Source of the DNA: Callorhinchus milii
Lineage: Eukaryota
Length of the DNA stretch: 64,000 nt
Reading direction: 5' to 3'
Assembly (NCBI RefSeq): GCF_018977255.1
Contig: NW_024704742.1
Span: 24,492,001 to 24,556,000 of the forward strand
A model generated the notes under the pieces. That model did no database searches, was not told the origin of the DNA, and was given only the letters and a program-made list of their open reading frames with translations. How positions within the stretch are numbered: position 1 is the stretch's first letter; each line of letters starts with the position of its first letter. A program made the position numbers and the translations under genes. Of this stretch, positions 10,794 to 23,899 are shown one piece after another.

Positions 10794-12289
10794 ACCTTTC
10801 AATCTTCATTGATATATCATTCTGTTATAGACTATACTTCTAATTGAATTTTGAGTAAAAGGAATGGCCAACAAATGGACGATCTTCTGAATTCTAGTTC
10901 TGCTAAAAATTCTGGATGATAGAGCTTTACAACCTGCTGGATGAGTGTTCCTAAGAAACTCCCTCTCCTCAGGCACCACAGATGTTAGCTGAACGCTGTT
11001 GGGGTTTTGTTACAAAACATTTTCCTGAGAATGAAGATATCAATCTGTTAGCAAAACACTTGGTGTATTTTCAAAACCCAAGCACACAAGCTGTTAACCC
11101 ATTCAGGACTTTTAACTGTTCTTTGAACCGTTAACCAATTCAGGACTTTTAACAGTTCTGCAAGTTAGCAAGTTCTGCTAAGCACAAAAGACACTGCCTT
11201 ATTTCACTAGCCAACTAGAAGCATACATGCTAAAAAGTTGAAACAATAACTGCAGGTTTTCATTTGATAGATTTAAAATTTGACAAATGAAAGCATAATA
11301 TGCAAATAAAATTAACTGAACAAAATGTAATTTATTTGATCTGCTGCTGTTTTGCACATAGACTATGCACAAACAAAAATACTGTATTTTAAAATGAGGG
11401 TTTCAACATTGCACAAGAATTCTGTTGATAATCCACTAATGTTCGGTGATGGCCTACAAGGTGATGGGGTTACTATAGTGAAAAATGGATCTGTATCAAC
11501 ACAGAGAGCAGTAAAACATGTCAGTTACAATGGGGAGAAGTGTTCATTTCTAAATTACCACTCAGACTTCTTTCTTGACTAAGATGCTGTACATTGTGGC
11601 CTGTTGACAATGTTCATTGATAACAGGGAAAGTATTTAACTGAATGAATTTCAGGACAAACTCAAGGGCAAGTGATTTATATTTATGAATTTATTTTATA
11701 GAGGAAGTTTAACTTCAGTGAACCCTATTCAACATTGCTTTGAAAAATTTGAATTAAAATATTTGCATATGAGTGTCTTAAGGGACGAGGAGGTCGGGAA
11801 AGTACTTTCTGTTTGAATCAAGAATGAATCTTGTATAATAAGAGTTGCGTTTAGTTTAGGTTCTGATCTAGAAACCAGTCTTGACTCACTGAACCCCTGA
11901 AGAGCTGAAAACGTGAATCAATACTGTACTTTTTCCCAGACTAATTTCTGGGACCTTCGTGAATACCGAGTTCAGAGGTACCTTCAGCAGCAGAGTGTTT
12001 ATAAAATGTATTGCTGTCTAAGTTTCTAACTTTGCACAATATTTTTCAGGAAACAATAGACTATGGCTTCTAATATTTGTGTTGATATAAATAAAGCTCA
12101 CGATTCCCAACTGTCAAAATACTGGTAGTATTACAACTTTCTATAACTTTTCAAATGTGGTGTTTGTTGGTGACTTTTTAAAAAAAAAAGTAAACAACAA
12201 CCAAGCATTTCACACAAGTTACTAGAATCCTGAGCTTTGGAGTGTGTGTGTGTGTGGGGTGGGGGGGGGGGGGGGGGGATGGCGGTGGG

Positions 12290-12975
12290 GGAGAGAGTCA
12301 GAATGGCTGAAAGCTTGTCCACCATAGTGGAGCGAAGCGGTTGAGGGAAGTGAAACAAGCCAGTGTTTGCTGAGTGGAGGGAGTGGAGTGACTGGGCAAT
12401 ATGGTAGGAGGGATAGGATGGGGTGAGCATATGGACGCATTTGAAAGTGAGGACAAGAATTTAATCCCTTGGGCGATGGGCAGCTGGTGGGGCTGAAAGA
12501 GGATGGGGATGATACGCTCTGATGTGGGAGAGGACACAGGCTGCAAAGTTCTGGGTGGTCTGCAGCTTATATAGGGAAGAGTAGGGAAGCCTAGTGAGAA
12601 GGATTCGGATAGTCGAGTCTGAAGGTGATGAAGCTGTGGATCAGGATCTCAGCAGCTCAAGGGAGGGTTGCATCATGGCAGAGATGGGTGATGTGCAGAT
12701 GAGGAAAGGCAGAATGAGTGAGTCCCTGGTTGTAGGGTTTGGGGAAGGGGATCGAACGGAGATTCCACCTCAGCTCTGTGAGATCGAGTGAGCATCCATA
12801 CAAGTCGACACAACCATCCCCTGAGGTGAGGAGGTGCTGCCTGGAGTCAAGCAGGAGAGCCTCAGTCTTGTCTATGTTGAAATGTAGAAAGTTAGAACTC
12901 ATCTTGGACTTGATGTCTGACAGACAGCAAGCAATCAGAACAGCAGTCATCCTGGAATCCAGGATAGAGGCACTG
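12290..12975 (-). mobile_element. Old L2 fragment
   Basis: CLSDIKSKMSSNFLHFNIDKTEALL on minus strand; many frameshifts. Confidence 0.85.
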
Positions 12976-13138
12976 CAAGGAAAAGTTGATTCCCAGAGCT
13001 TAACCTCTGAGTTTCCTTGAGCTAATGCCTAAATATAAAAATAAAGCTCACGATTCCCAAAGTTCACATTGTTGATAAACAATTCTTGTCTGTCTCTCTG
13101 TAAATCTGCTGTCTGACTTTCTCTCTCTCGTCTTCCAG

Positions 13139-13213
13139 TTTGCTGAAGTAAGACAACGAGAAAAAAATGTACAACAAAGTACTGAGAAAGCCAGAGTGGG
13201 ACGCCAAGATACA
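13139..13213 (+). CDS. MND1: MND1 coding exon (FAEVRQREKNVQQSTEKARVGRQDT)
   Basis: Long polypyrimidine tract plus ccag acceptor, gtaaga donor, 75 bp in phase 0; aligns to recalled human LSEGSQKHASLQKSIEKAKIGRCET. Confidence 0.93.
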
Positions 13214-13949
13214 GTAAGAACCTTTTTATAATATTGAAACTTGATTGCACATATGGAAATAATGTTTTGGTGGTATGTAAGAATATGCTAGTTCTCTATT
13301 CCTGGTTCTCATACTGTTTCAGTTAAGAGTTTCTAGATCAAGTGCCTGAAGATTTCCACCATTTCTGAAGCATTTTATACCTGCACAGAATACTAATTTA
13401 AAAGCTGGTGTCTTGTGATGATTCACAATAGGACAGAATCCATTAGACACTTACTAATCATTAAACATTGTGATGTTCAAAAGTGATGTGGAAGTGTTCG
13501 ATGTGGAGTGTGCAAGCTGACTTGATTGAAATGAAAATGCTTACTTTATGCAGTGGAATTATCTACTAAAATGGAGGCAGTCCCCTAGTCAATATGTCAT
13601 TGAAAAGAGCTGCATAGATACTTTGGCAGTAAGGGATATGGAGGAAATGTGGAGAAATAAAATCTGCTATGATCTAATTAAATGCCAGAACTCACTTAAT
13701 AGGCTGAAATCAAGCCACTATATATACTACATTAAATCTTGTGAAGTGCTTTGAAACATTTCGACGACATGATAAGGCACCATATCTAATGCAAGGCCTC
13801 TTATTACTGAAATGGCTATTTAATAATATATATACTATTAATGTTGCCTATAAAATAATAAACATTTTCAGCACAGTATAACATGAAAGAATGAAGTATT
13901 TGGTAGCACAATTCTTCTCTGGATAATATGATATTTTGTCAACGCCATA

Positions 13950-14310
13950 GAGAGATTACAACGTGAGAACAAGGATCTTCAATTTGATCCCCTAAGGGAT
14001 GGGCAATTAGTGAAGTTGTGCAAGAATGGGTATGATAGGCTCAAGGAACATGATGTAGGAAAGGACATGCCTGCAGAGTTCTGGATAGTCTGCAGTTTGT
14101 GTAGAGAGGAGTTGAGTCTGGAAAGCAGGGCATGGAATAATCAAGCTGGACATGGGGAAGGCATGCCTTGTCAGCCTGGGAAAGAGGTCGTGGGAGAGAC
14201 ATGTGTTGTGGAGGAGAAGGAAAACCGAGCAAGAGAGAGCACAGATGTAGAGTATAAATAGCAGTCGGGTATTCAACAAGATACCAAGGTTCCATGCTGG
14301 CTCCATGATG
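13950..14310 (-). mobile_element. Old L2 fragment
   Basis: NLGILL...PIIPILAQLH remnants; similar to the reverse complement of 9620-9960. Confidence 0.7.
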
Positions 14311-15419
14311 TGCATTCATGTATATCGATGCAGTTATTGCCTGAAGTCAGAGTTGTTCATCAAATCAACAACAATTTGCATTTGTATACTACCATTCAAG
14401 CGGGGTAGCTCTCGGAGTGCTTAAAAGTGACAGACCCTGAAGCCAAGCCGGGGGAGGGAGGAGATGACCATAAGTACAGTCAAAGAGCAAGGTCTTCAGA
14501 TGTGATCTGAAAATCAAATCAAGCCTGAATGTGGAGGTTAACCAGAAAAAAATTAAATTGGTCATTCACCTCAAGGCTGTACGTGGGGTACTGCTGTGCC
14601 TAAATTGACTGTCATGTGCATTTGCTTGAGGTCTCACAGCCCTCCAGAACCACATTCACTCCTCAGTCAATTTGTATTCATGAGTCTGGACAGTCCTGCC
14701 CTCACCGAAGGCGATTGTGATCCACTCTCCTCTCCAGGCCTCTGACTAGTTAGTTTAGCATCGGATTAAGAAGCAAGGATCTTGGAGGAGAACCATATAG
14801 TGAATGGACCTGCAGCTTATGCACCAGGAGCTCGATGGTTCCAGTAGCAGTCGTGCGAGTTTGCTGGTCTCAGCCGAGGCTGTATGGGGAGCCCTTCCCA
14901 GAATTTGGGACGAGAAGACCAGCTAAGGTGACTGCCCCTGGCCCCTCTACAGCATCCTTTACTGGATTCACTTGTGTTTGGCAACCAGTGGAGAGAGTTC
15001 GGCCTCACAATCAAGTGGCCAGGTAAGATTCATTGGCAAAACTCACACAATGGCCCCTTGGGCAGGCTACTGGAGGGCGATCAGCTCCTGTGGAGACGCA
15101 CACCAATATGAGGAGACCAGCCAAAGAGCAGAGTAACATACTCCAATAGGGAATAAACTAGAAAATTAATTGGCATACCATTTTTTTTTTAAAAAAGGCA
15201 GATCTTCCAAGTACTTGTGCATTTACTCACTAACCTATCGAAATAGCTTTATTTATAATTCAATAAAATTGCTGGAAGCTGCTTGCAGTGCACTGAGGGT
15301 TCTACTTTAAACACCCAATAAAATACGAGCGGTATGTACCCTGTTCTCGTTTTCCCAGAAATGTTTACTGTTTGAAACTCAAATTTCTTAATAAAGTAAA
15401 TATAGAGGTTTTAAAAATG

Positions 15420-15570
15420 TAAGGGAAAAGTTACCCAGCATTCTTGTTCCTGATCACTATGTAGTATATTGACTTCAAGTGAGAACTGGATCAGGCCTAC
15501 TTGCAAGTTTGCTGGTGATTGAATAGCCCGCCAGCACTCACTGTCCAGAGGATGAAAAATGGCCATTTGG
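15420..15570 (+). mobile_element. Ancient SINE fragment (AmnSINE2-like)
   Basis: gttcctgatcactat...gaatagcccgccagcactcactgtccag...aatggccatttgg; related pieces at 44590-45165 and 57150-57530; family name from recall. Confidence 0.45.
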
Positions 15571-18479
15571 GAATGAACTGAAGATTTAGTGCAAACATAT
15601 AGAGTAGAAACGAAAGGGAGCTTTCAGGAGATGAGTTGGAGAGGATAGAATAGCCAGTACAGTCTAAGGGTAGGGAGAAGACTGTGCCCATATCTGGATT
15701 ATGATGCAGCAAAGAACTTGTGTTTGTTTTGCTTTGATGTCTTGAGTGAGTAAAGAACCGTGCACGGTACATCTCCCTCGCCTGTGAAAGCCAAAATGAT
15801 TTAAATGTATTTGCTGGCGCCAAGGGTTCTACTCATTGGATGCAAACCAAAACAATTAAAATGAGGGGCTGTAAACCTTCCAGGGTTTGTGGTCCTTTTG
15901 AAATGCATCACTAGGAACACCCACAGATTTGGCATCTGACCCTGCAAAATGAGGTCACGTTTAAATATAGATCTTGGATAAGAAGATTCAGCTCAGATGT
16001 GCACTAGTCCTAAAACAGGTTTGCATCCATTCTCTTGCCAACCAAGAAATGCAAATTTGCATTTATTTGCAAAGCAATTGAAATGGGCATCCCGTTTTAA
16101 ATTTTGAAGGAATTTTAAAAAATTGGCGGTCAAATATTAAATGTGGAAAGGTGGATTTTGGAGACGGAGGGAAATACTTATACTTGTGCTTTATGCTGGG
16201 CATCCAAACCAAAAAAGCTATTATACAGAAAATTAGAGTTTCAAGAAAACCAGGACAATGAGCCTACAGAGCCTCCCAGTACACTGCTCTGAAACAGCTA
16301 AATAACAAAACTATTTTCCACATCAACACATCTTGTTGTGTGCAATTGGCTGCTGCGTTTCATCCACAAAATATACAGTCAATTTACTTTACAGTATATT
16401 CTGTGAAAAGCTTTGAGACATCTTGAAGATGCAAAGATTATTTTTTTTGAGCAAATTGTGGCTCTATATTTTGTCTAATGAAAATGGAGTTTGATTAGAT
16501 TGCACTATTCAACCCTTCCAATTCTAATGGATCCTTTGTGCTTTAAAAATACATACCTATCTTGCTTCATAAACACCAGCAACCTTTGTTTACATATTTG
16601 TGCTCAAGTTTAAGTTAGCTCAATCTTGGGGAATGGAAAAGATTTCCTAGTTTAGTCATCCATTGCAACTATTCTTAAGTCAGATGGCAAAATATAGAAT
16701 GAAGCTTGTTAATTTACCCCCTCCCCATCCATGTGACTTACACCAATACCAGTAGACCAGCTGTTTCTCATGCCAGCCGCTTTTAAGTCTGTAAATGAGA
16801 TTCACCTTTCATTGACAAATTGTTGGCAGTTTTGTGCAGTACCGACAGGATTGAAATAATTTCAGTTCTTCATATTTGGGACCTTTCAATTGACAGGCAG
16901 AATAGATTTTAAAAGCATCATCTAGAGAGAAAGGGCAGCGTTGTAATTCACTGAAAGTTTTTTTTAAAATTCAAGTTATAATTTAGCAACGGTTCTAAAG
17001 AGAAAGTAAAACTAGATGAAACTAACACTAATAGTGAGTTTTCAATGTGAGTAGTAAGTGCACAGCTGGGTGTTACTGAGTCATATAGAAGTTCCTGTCT
17101 TCACAATCTTGTTTTGTGTTGAGTTATTTAATCTCATCTGAGTCTGGTGGGGGATTGATTGCAATTAGCCTCATTGATCCTGGGATAAATGAGGGAGAAA
17201 TCTTAACAGATTTCTTAATAATCCCACCAACCCTTGGGAATCTATACCCAAGCATGAGCAAATAATTCTTAGGAGTCCTAGATTTTTTAAAAAAATAGTA
17301 TTTTAATTGTTTTAATTTTATTTGTATGAAAATTCTCCATCTCATAATTGTAGCATGCGACTAACAGAATCGTCGAAGGCAAACTAGATGGACATTGGTC
17401 TTTTGTCATTCAGCAGTTCCTATGTTCCTATAATTGTAGTTGAAATCTTAAATATTATCCTGTTTCTCACTTTTTGTAATCTGATACTTGCTGATCACCT
17501 CAGTATAATCTATCGGGGGAAAGAAGGAACTGCAGCAACCCAAAGAGAGATAATATATTGAATTATGTTACATACTGAGACCATTTCATGGCCTGTCATC
17601 ATTAAAACATGGATAAGTTTTGCATGTAGTTCATATCAGAGAATCATGCGTTACTAACCACTGGCACAGCACCTTCTACACCACCTTGTGACTGGCACAT
17701 AAATGTGTTGATAATGGAGACTGAAATCTAATGTAGGTCATTCTGTCCTTATAGTAAATGCTTGATTGCTTTAGATGTAGGTCATGTTTAGTGAGTTTAG
17801 TGAAACCCAGTGCTTGCTTTTCTGAAGGTAATTATTCTGTTTTTCTCAAGGTAAATTTTCACTCAAAACATGGCAACAATATTGCATCATGAGTTTTATA
17901 TCCACTGTTTTTTTCAATGAGTTGCTTTCAAAGTGGTTTATAGAAGTGCAAGCTTGCAAAGCTCCAAGGAAGTTGTTGTTTGTTGCCACTGCCTATTATG
18001 ATGTCTCATGTCAAGGTGCAATTGAGAGCCGTGTGTGTAGCTGTTCAGTTTCTAGGTGAGACCTTTTTGAACTAATTCAACTCTGTTCACTCCTCAATTG
18101 TAGGGTTGAGAACAGTGCTGCTCACAAATACTGATCCAAAGCAGATATTAATCTTGGGCATGGACGAGTGTGTTGTCTAGAAAAAGAAAAGTTGAACACA
18201 GGCTGATTTTCTCCAAACTGATATGGCAGATGACTTTGTAAATGTTGTGTAGCAGAGTACATTATGTGCTAGAGACTGTGGCGACGGATAATGGGAATTG
18301 TATGAATTTTAATTCCACTCATCAAAAGTTTAGTTGCAGCCATAACTGACCCATGGTAAAAGGGAGGAAAATGGAAAATTCACTTTGAGCTGACTTTTTA
18401 ATTGTCAATGTATATAATAAAATACATTGCAGATAAAATAAAATACACAATGTAGTGTCAGCATCAATGAAGATTGTAA

Positions 18480-18870
18480 CAAAAAAATGCATTTAATGTA
18501 GCTCCTTCCACGTCAGGAGGATGTTTCAAAGCATTTCACAGATTTTACTGTAAAATGTATTTTACAGCCATTTGCACACAATGTTCCACGAACAACCATG
18601 AAGTGAACGGCCAGATTTTCATCTGGTAGATTGTCTTGTCAGGACCCAAGGAGAAACCTCCTTCTCTAAGTGACGCTGTGACATCATTAATATCCATTTG
18701 AACAGGCACAAATGGGACATGAGCTTGTCTCATTAGAAAGGCAGCACTTCCAATAATGTGGCACACTCCCAGCATTGTCCTTGATTATCAGCAGGACCGT
18801 GAGTTCAAAGAACCAACTTGAGCCCCAAAATGTTCTGATTCGGAGATGAGAATGTTACAGCTGAGCCGGG
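18480..18870 (-). mobile_element. Old Deu-domain SINE
   Basis: Minus-strand tail ttccacgtcaggaggatgtttcaaagc and head ctgattcggagatgagaatgttacagctgagcc. Confidence 0.7.
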
Positions 18871-18998
18871 CTGATCTCTATATAAACTGGGCTTAAATGT
18901 GAATTTATGATATGTAAAAGCAATTGCTCTTAAATGTATATTTGCAGTTTTGTTACTTGTCAAATTGTAAAATTGTATGACAATGTTCTCAAAAATAG

Positions 18999-19113
18999 GA
19001 AAATCGTGCAGCTGTGTTAAAAGAATATGCAGCACTTCAAAAGCAGAGGAATCATTTGAAAGCAGAGCTGGAGAAATACCAGGAATGTGACCCACAAGTA
19101 ATTGAAGAAATGC
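18999..19113 (+). CDS. MND1: MND1 coding exon (ENRAAVLKEYAALQKQRNHLKAELEKYQECDPQVIEEM)
   Basis: 115 bp, aatag acceptor, gtaagt donor; LKAELEKYxxCDPQ motif. Confidence 0.96.
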
Positions 19114-19208
19114 GTAAGTAGCTAGCATATAGTCCATTCAGGTTACCTGACACTACCATGCAATTCTTGTTAAATATTTTGATATTCTATTCATTTTAAA
19201 TTGATGTT

Positions 19209-20569
19209 TAGAACATAAGAACATAAGAATTAGGAGCAGGAGTAGGCTATTCGGCCCCTCGAGCCTACCCGGCCATTCAATAAGATCATGGCTGATCTTT
19301 TCTAACTCCACCTACCTGCTTTATCCCCATATCCCTTAATCCCTTTATCCAAAAGAAATCTATCAATTTCAGTCTTGAATATGTTCAAGGACTGAACATC
19401 TACAGCCCTTTGAGGTAGAGAATTCCATAAATTCCCTACCCCTGAGTGAAGAAGTTTTTCCTCAACTCAGTGCGAAAGGGCTTACCCCTAATTTTAAGAT
19501 GGGACCCCTGGTTATAGTTTCTCCAACCAGGGGAAAAAGTCTCCCACTATCTATTCTGTCGTGCCCCTTTATAATCTTATAGGTTTCTATAAGATCACCT
19601 CTCATTCTTCTATATTCTGGAGAATATAGGCCTAAATTGCTCAACCTATCCTCATAACTCATCCCCCTCATCCCTGGTACCAACCTGGTGAATCTACATT
19701 GTTGCCCCTCCAAGGTGAGTACATCCTTTCTTAAGTAGGAAGACCAAAACTGCACACAATACTCTAGGTGCGGTCTTACCAGGGCCCTATACAGTTGCAG
19801 CAACTTCACTACTCTTATATTCTAACCCTTTTGTAACAAATGCCAACATACCATTGGCCTTCCTAATTGCTTGCTATATCTGCAAACTAACGTTTTGTGA
19901 CTGGTGAACAAGGACACCCAAGTCCCTCTGAACTCTAACACTATCTAGTCTCTCCCCTTCTAAAAAATAATCTGCTCTACTGTTTTTGCCACCAAGGTCG
20001 ATAACTTCACACTTCCCTACATTATACTTCATCTGCCACCTATTTTCCCACTCACCTAGCCTATCTATAGCTCACTGCATTTTTTTAATGTCATCCTCGG
20101 TGTTTACTCTCCTAGTTTAGTGTCATCCGCAAATTTGGATATATTAAGTTCGATGTCCTCATCTAGATCTTTGATGTAGATTGTAAATAGTTGAGGCCCA
20201 AGGACTGATCCTTGTGGCACTCCACTTGTCACATCCCGCCAATCTGAGAAGGACCCGTTTATCCGTAATCTTTGTTTTCTTCCCGTTAGCCATTCTTCAG
20301 TCCATGCTGATATATTCCCCTGAATTCCATGGGCCCTAATCTTGAGGATCAACCTTTTATGCAGCACCTTATCAAATGCCTTTTGGAAATCTAAATACAT
20401 TACATCCACTGATTCCCCCCTATCTAATCTACTTGATATGTCCTCAAAAAAATCAAAAAAAATTGTTAAGCATGACTTCCTTTTTGCAAAGCCATGTTGA
20501 CTCTGTCTAATCATATTGTGATCCTCTAAGTATCCCACTACGATATCCTTAATTAAGGATTCTAGAATC
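19209..20569 (-). mobile_element. 5'-truncated, internally deleted CR1 LINE
   Basis: [46 protein letters not shown]; 3' tail (ttcttatg)n. Confidence 0.95.
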
Positions 20570-21072
20570 CTTTAAATCTCACTTTAAAATTAAAATAACA
20601 GTACATCTAACAAATTGCTGATGGACTGTTGGGCTCTTCTGTGGAAACATTACTGAACTTCCTGTTCATATTTAGGCTTTACATTTTCAATGACGTTTCG
20701 CAGGACCCAATGTGTACCGTGGGTTATCTATATTTTCAAAGATATCGCTGGCAACAAGTTTATGTTCTTCTCACTTGAGCACCATATGTTCCAGGAAGTA
20801 TGGCGTTGTGTTTTTTTGTAAGTGATGCTCAATGACTCAGATCATCACTGATTTATTTGTTTAGCCTGATAGTTTAGAACATGTCTTCGTTTGTTAAGGA
20901 GGATAGTTATGCTTGGTTTACTTTTCCATTTGGTCTTTATCAAGGTACAGCCATTATAAGGTATAGGGAAAGGGTAGTGGAGCACAATATTTTACATTCA
21001 GCTTATTTTTAAAGGAAAACGACGTCAAGCTGCATGTTTAGCTTATGTAACTCTTCTTGAATTCTATCAGTT

Positions 21073-21320
21073 TTACTCCTAAAACATTTATAATTTATAA
21101 ATAACAGAATTAGTAAAAAGGCATACCTATTACCACAAAGAAAAATATAAATCTTCTGAATCTTGAGGAATGGAGGCTAGGTTTAAATAGAAATTTGGAA
21201 TCTGGAATGATATGCTGGAGTTTTTGCTTCATTAGTCTTAATTTATTTTTTCCTTTGTGGTAATAGATATGTCCTTTAATAAATCTGTTATTAATACGTT
21301 ATAGGCATTTTAGGAATCAA
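21073..21320. repeat. Degenerate 80-bp inverted repeat (old palindromic MITE-like element)
   Basis: 21073-21152 aligns with the reverse complement of 21241-21320 at roughly 80% by eye (ctattaccacaaag / ctttgtggtaatag). Confidence 0.8.
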
Positions 21321-21702
21321 GGAGTCAGTGGGAGTGAAGTCCATGATGTGTATAGATTTTTCACAGTCCAGAAGATATAAGGTTAATAAGCTGAGTAGCC
21401 TTTTGTCGTTCCATCTGAATTTTATACAAGTTGTTATTATAGAAAGCAAATGACACTGAATGTGAGGCTTTTAAAAAAAAATCTTGTAGACTGGCAATTC
21501 AATACAATCGTTTAATACAGGATGTGTGGTATAAATCTGTCTAAATCTAACGTGGTCTAAATCTGAATGCACAGGACTATTATCCTGGTCAATATAAGTT
21601 TCTGTCGATAGATTAAACCACTGTTCAGCATCTATCATAGTACTATTTTCTTGAGTGCAGTTAATGCAGTCATTCTGAATATGACTTTTGTATTTATTGC
21701 AG

Positions 21703-21747
21703 GGCAGTTCAACAAAATTGCAAAAGATGCAGCAAACAGATGGACTG
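21703..21747 (+). CDS. MND1: MND1 coding exon (RQFNKIAKDAANRWT)
   Basis: tattgcag acceptor, gtatgt donor, 45 bp; AANRWT motif. Confidence 0.97.
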
Positions 21748-21887
21748 GTATGTTGCAGAGGACTTCCTTTTTACAGTCATTCTGATTGAATATTTGCTTT
21801 GCTTTTTCTTCCCTTCCCCTTCCAAATTCCGCATGATTGCAGGCTGACCTCTTTGAAATTAACTGTAATTTCTCTTGAATTCTACAG

Positions 21888-21994
21888 ATAACGTGTTTGC
21901 TGTAAAGTCCTGGGCAAAGAAAAAATTTGGATTCGAACAGAATCGCATTGATAAGACTTTTGGAATTCCAGATGATTTTGACTACATTGAGTGA
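21888..21994 (+). CDS. MND1: MND1 last coding exon ([39 protein letters not shown])
   Basis: ctacag acceptor, phase matches previous exon; conserved C-terminus FGIPxDFDYI; TGA at 21992-21994. Confidence 0.98.
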
Positions 21995-22389
21995 TGATCT
22001 TAAACTGTCCAGACCCATCTTACTGATAGTTCTGAGTTTGTATCAAACTGTTACGCTTGTTAAGAACTTTTAATTTTAGAGACCTTGGCTTTGACATGGT
22101 CTTGCAGAGCTCACTCCTGCTTGAGACAAGATCTTCCACTGCTACTACTTGTATATGTGTTCACAGAAGAGAATTACCTTGTGAGGATAGTAAAAACAAA
22201 TTGACCTGATCTACATATGACAATGCTCTTTGGACTTGTTGAGTGGAAATACTGATTTGAAACTAGCTGAGTACTGAGAAAGAGAGTCCTAAGATTCCTT
22301 CTATTTGTTAGTGCCAAGTTTCCGTAGTTTATTGTTCTTTCCTGTTGTATAACATACCTTTGTCTTGGAGCTTTGGACCAAGATATGTG

Positions 22390-22810
22390 GAGTTATTGGT
22401 GTTTAAAAACTCTGAGTCGGAAAGTTTTGGGTCTTGGAATCACACAGTCTAAGCCGACACTCCAATGTGTTGCTGGGAGTGTTGCATTGTTTGCATTGGG
22501 TGTGTCCCATCGGATGAAACGTTAAACCGAGGTCTCATCTAACTGTTCCGTAAGTCGTTAAAGATCCCATGGCACTATTCGAAAAGAGAAGGGAGTTTCT
22601 CCCGGTGTCCTGGCCAACAATCCCCAAAATAAAATTGGTCACTCACTCCATGGCTGTTTTTGGGACACTGCTGTACACAACTGGTCTCCGTGTTCTGCCC
22701 ACAAAATGTACAGTAAATCTACTTTAAAGTATATCCTGCGAAACGCTTTGAAACATCTCAACGACGTGATAAGGTGCTACATCAAATGCAAGGATTATTA
22801 TTATTATAAG
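22390..22810 (+). mobile_element. Old Deu-domain SINE within the putative MND1 3' UTR
   Basis: ctctgagtcggaaag head remnant, gggacactgctgtacacaactgg core, atcaaatgcaaggattattattatt tail. Confidence 0.8.
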
Positions 22811-22862
22811 TTAATTTTGTATTATAAATGAGAAATCTATTACTATAATTGTATACTGTCTT

Positions 22863-22898
22863 AATAAAATGCCGCCCAATTTTTTGCTGTTGAATAAA
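22863..22898 (+). terminator. Candidate MND1 polyadenylation signals (AATAAA at 22863 and 22893)
   Basis: Two AATAAA about 0.9 kb after the stop; an earlier AATAAA at 22628 lies inside the SINE. Confidence 0.5.
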
Positions 22899-23899
22899 TA
22901 ATTGAACTGTTTGACTCAAAAGCTGTCCAAGGTAATTTCTGTTAATATATAGAGAAAATCCATCAATCCAAAAATAATATGAATCAGCTTACCATAAAAA
23001 CAAATCCCCTGTGAATGCAAACAGGTTGCATAATTATAGAGAGCCTGCTACAATTAGATACCAACTGATATTATGATTTTATTGTTGATATTACCATTGC
23101 CCTGTTATGTTTTGCAAACCAACTACAGTATACTGCTGTGTTAATAAAGCCTAATCAAAAGTCTAAACTAAAAATATTATTTAAACTCCAGGTATTTTTA
23201 ATATGTAATCTTAATTTTAGTTACCAATTAATGGTTCGTCGATTTAAGAAGCCTTCAAAAGGAGCCAAACATCTAGCTCATCAAAAATTCACCTTTGCTC
23301 ATTGGCTTTCCAACCACTGGACAGAATGAGCCCCTTGTTTCTTTAAAAAAAAACATTTGCCAATATATTGTTATTCTCTTTCCTCGAGCCACTGATTCAT
23401 GCTTGGGTTCCACAGTTCTTGGCTGCCCTCCAATGTTTCACCCAACTGTTCTTCTTCGTACACAAGCTTTGAAGATATTATCCTCCGGGTGGGGGGGGGG
23501 GCAGGAAGCAGTGGTATATCTTTGGGTCTACTTTGGCATGGTTGACAATGGAATACTATATTATATCTGAAATAATAATATTTATTATTTATAATATACA
23601 GACATATTTATGAAAGAATTGCCTTTAGCAGTAAGTAGCAACCCAGTTGTTAGTTAATTGGCAGATTGGTTTCCAGGGGTATTAATCCTTCTAAAAAAAA
23701 ATGGCCATTCAATCATGACTTTGTGGGACATTGCTGTGAGCAATTGACTGTTTTTCGCCTACAAACTACACTGTCAATCTACTTTATAATATATTCTGTG
23801 AAGTTGAGGTGTTATATCAATGCAAGGATTATTATAATACTAGAATTGCATCAATCTGCTGTGGTGTTTTCGGTGGTTCCTGAGTGAGGCAAGTCCCCC

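Noticed and set aside
21992..21997. Tandem TGA TGA as selenocysteine or readthrough
   Set aside because: Coincides with the conserved MND1 C-terminus; no SECIS evident
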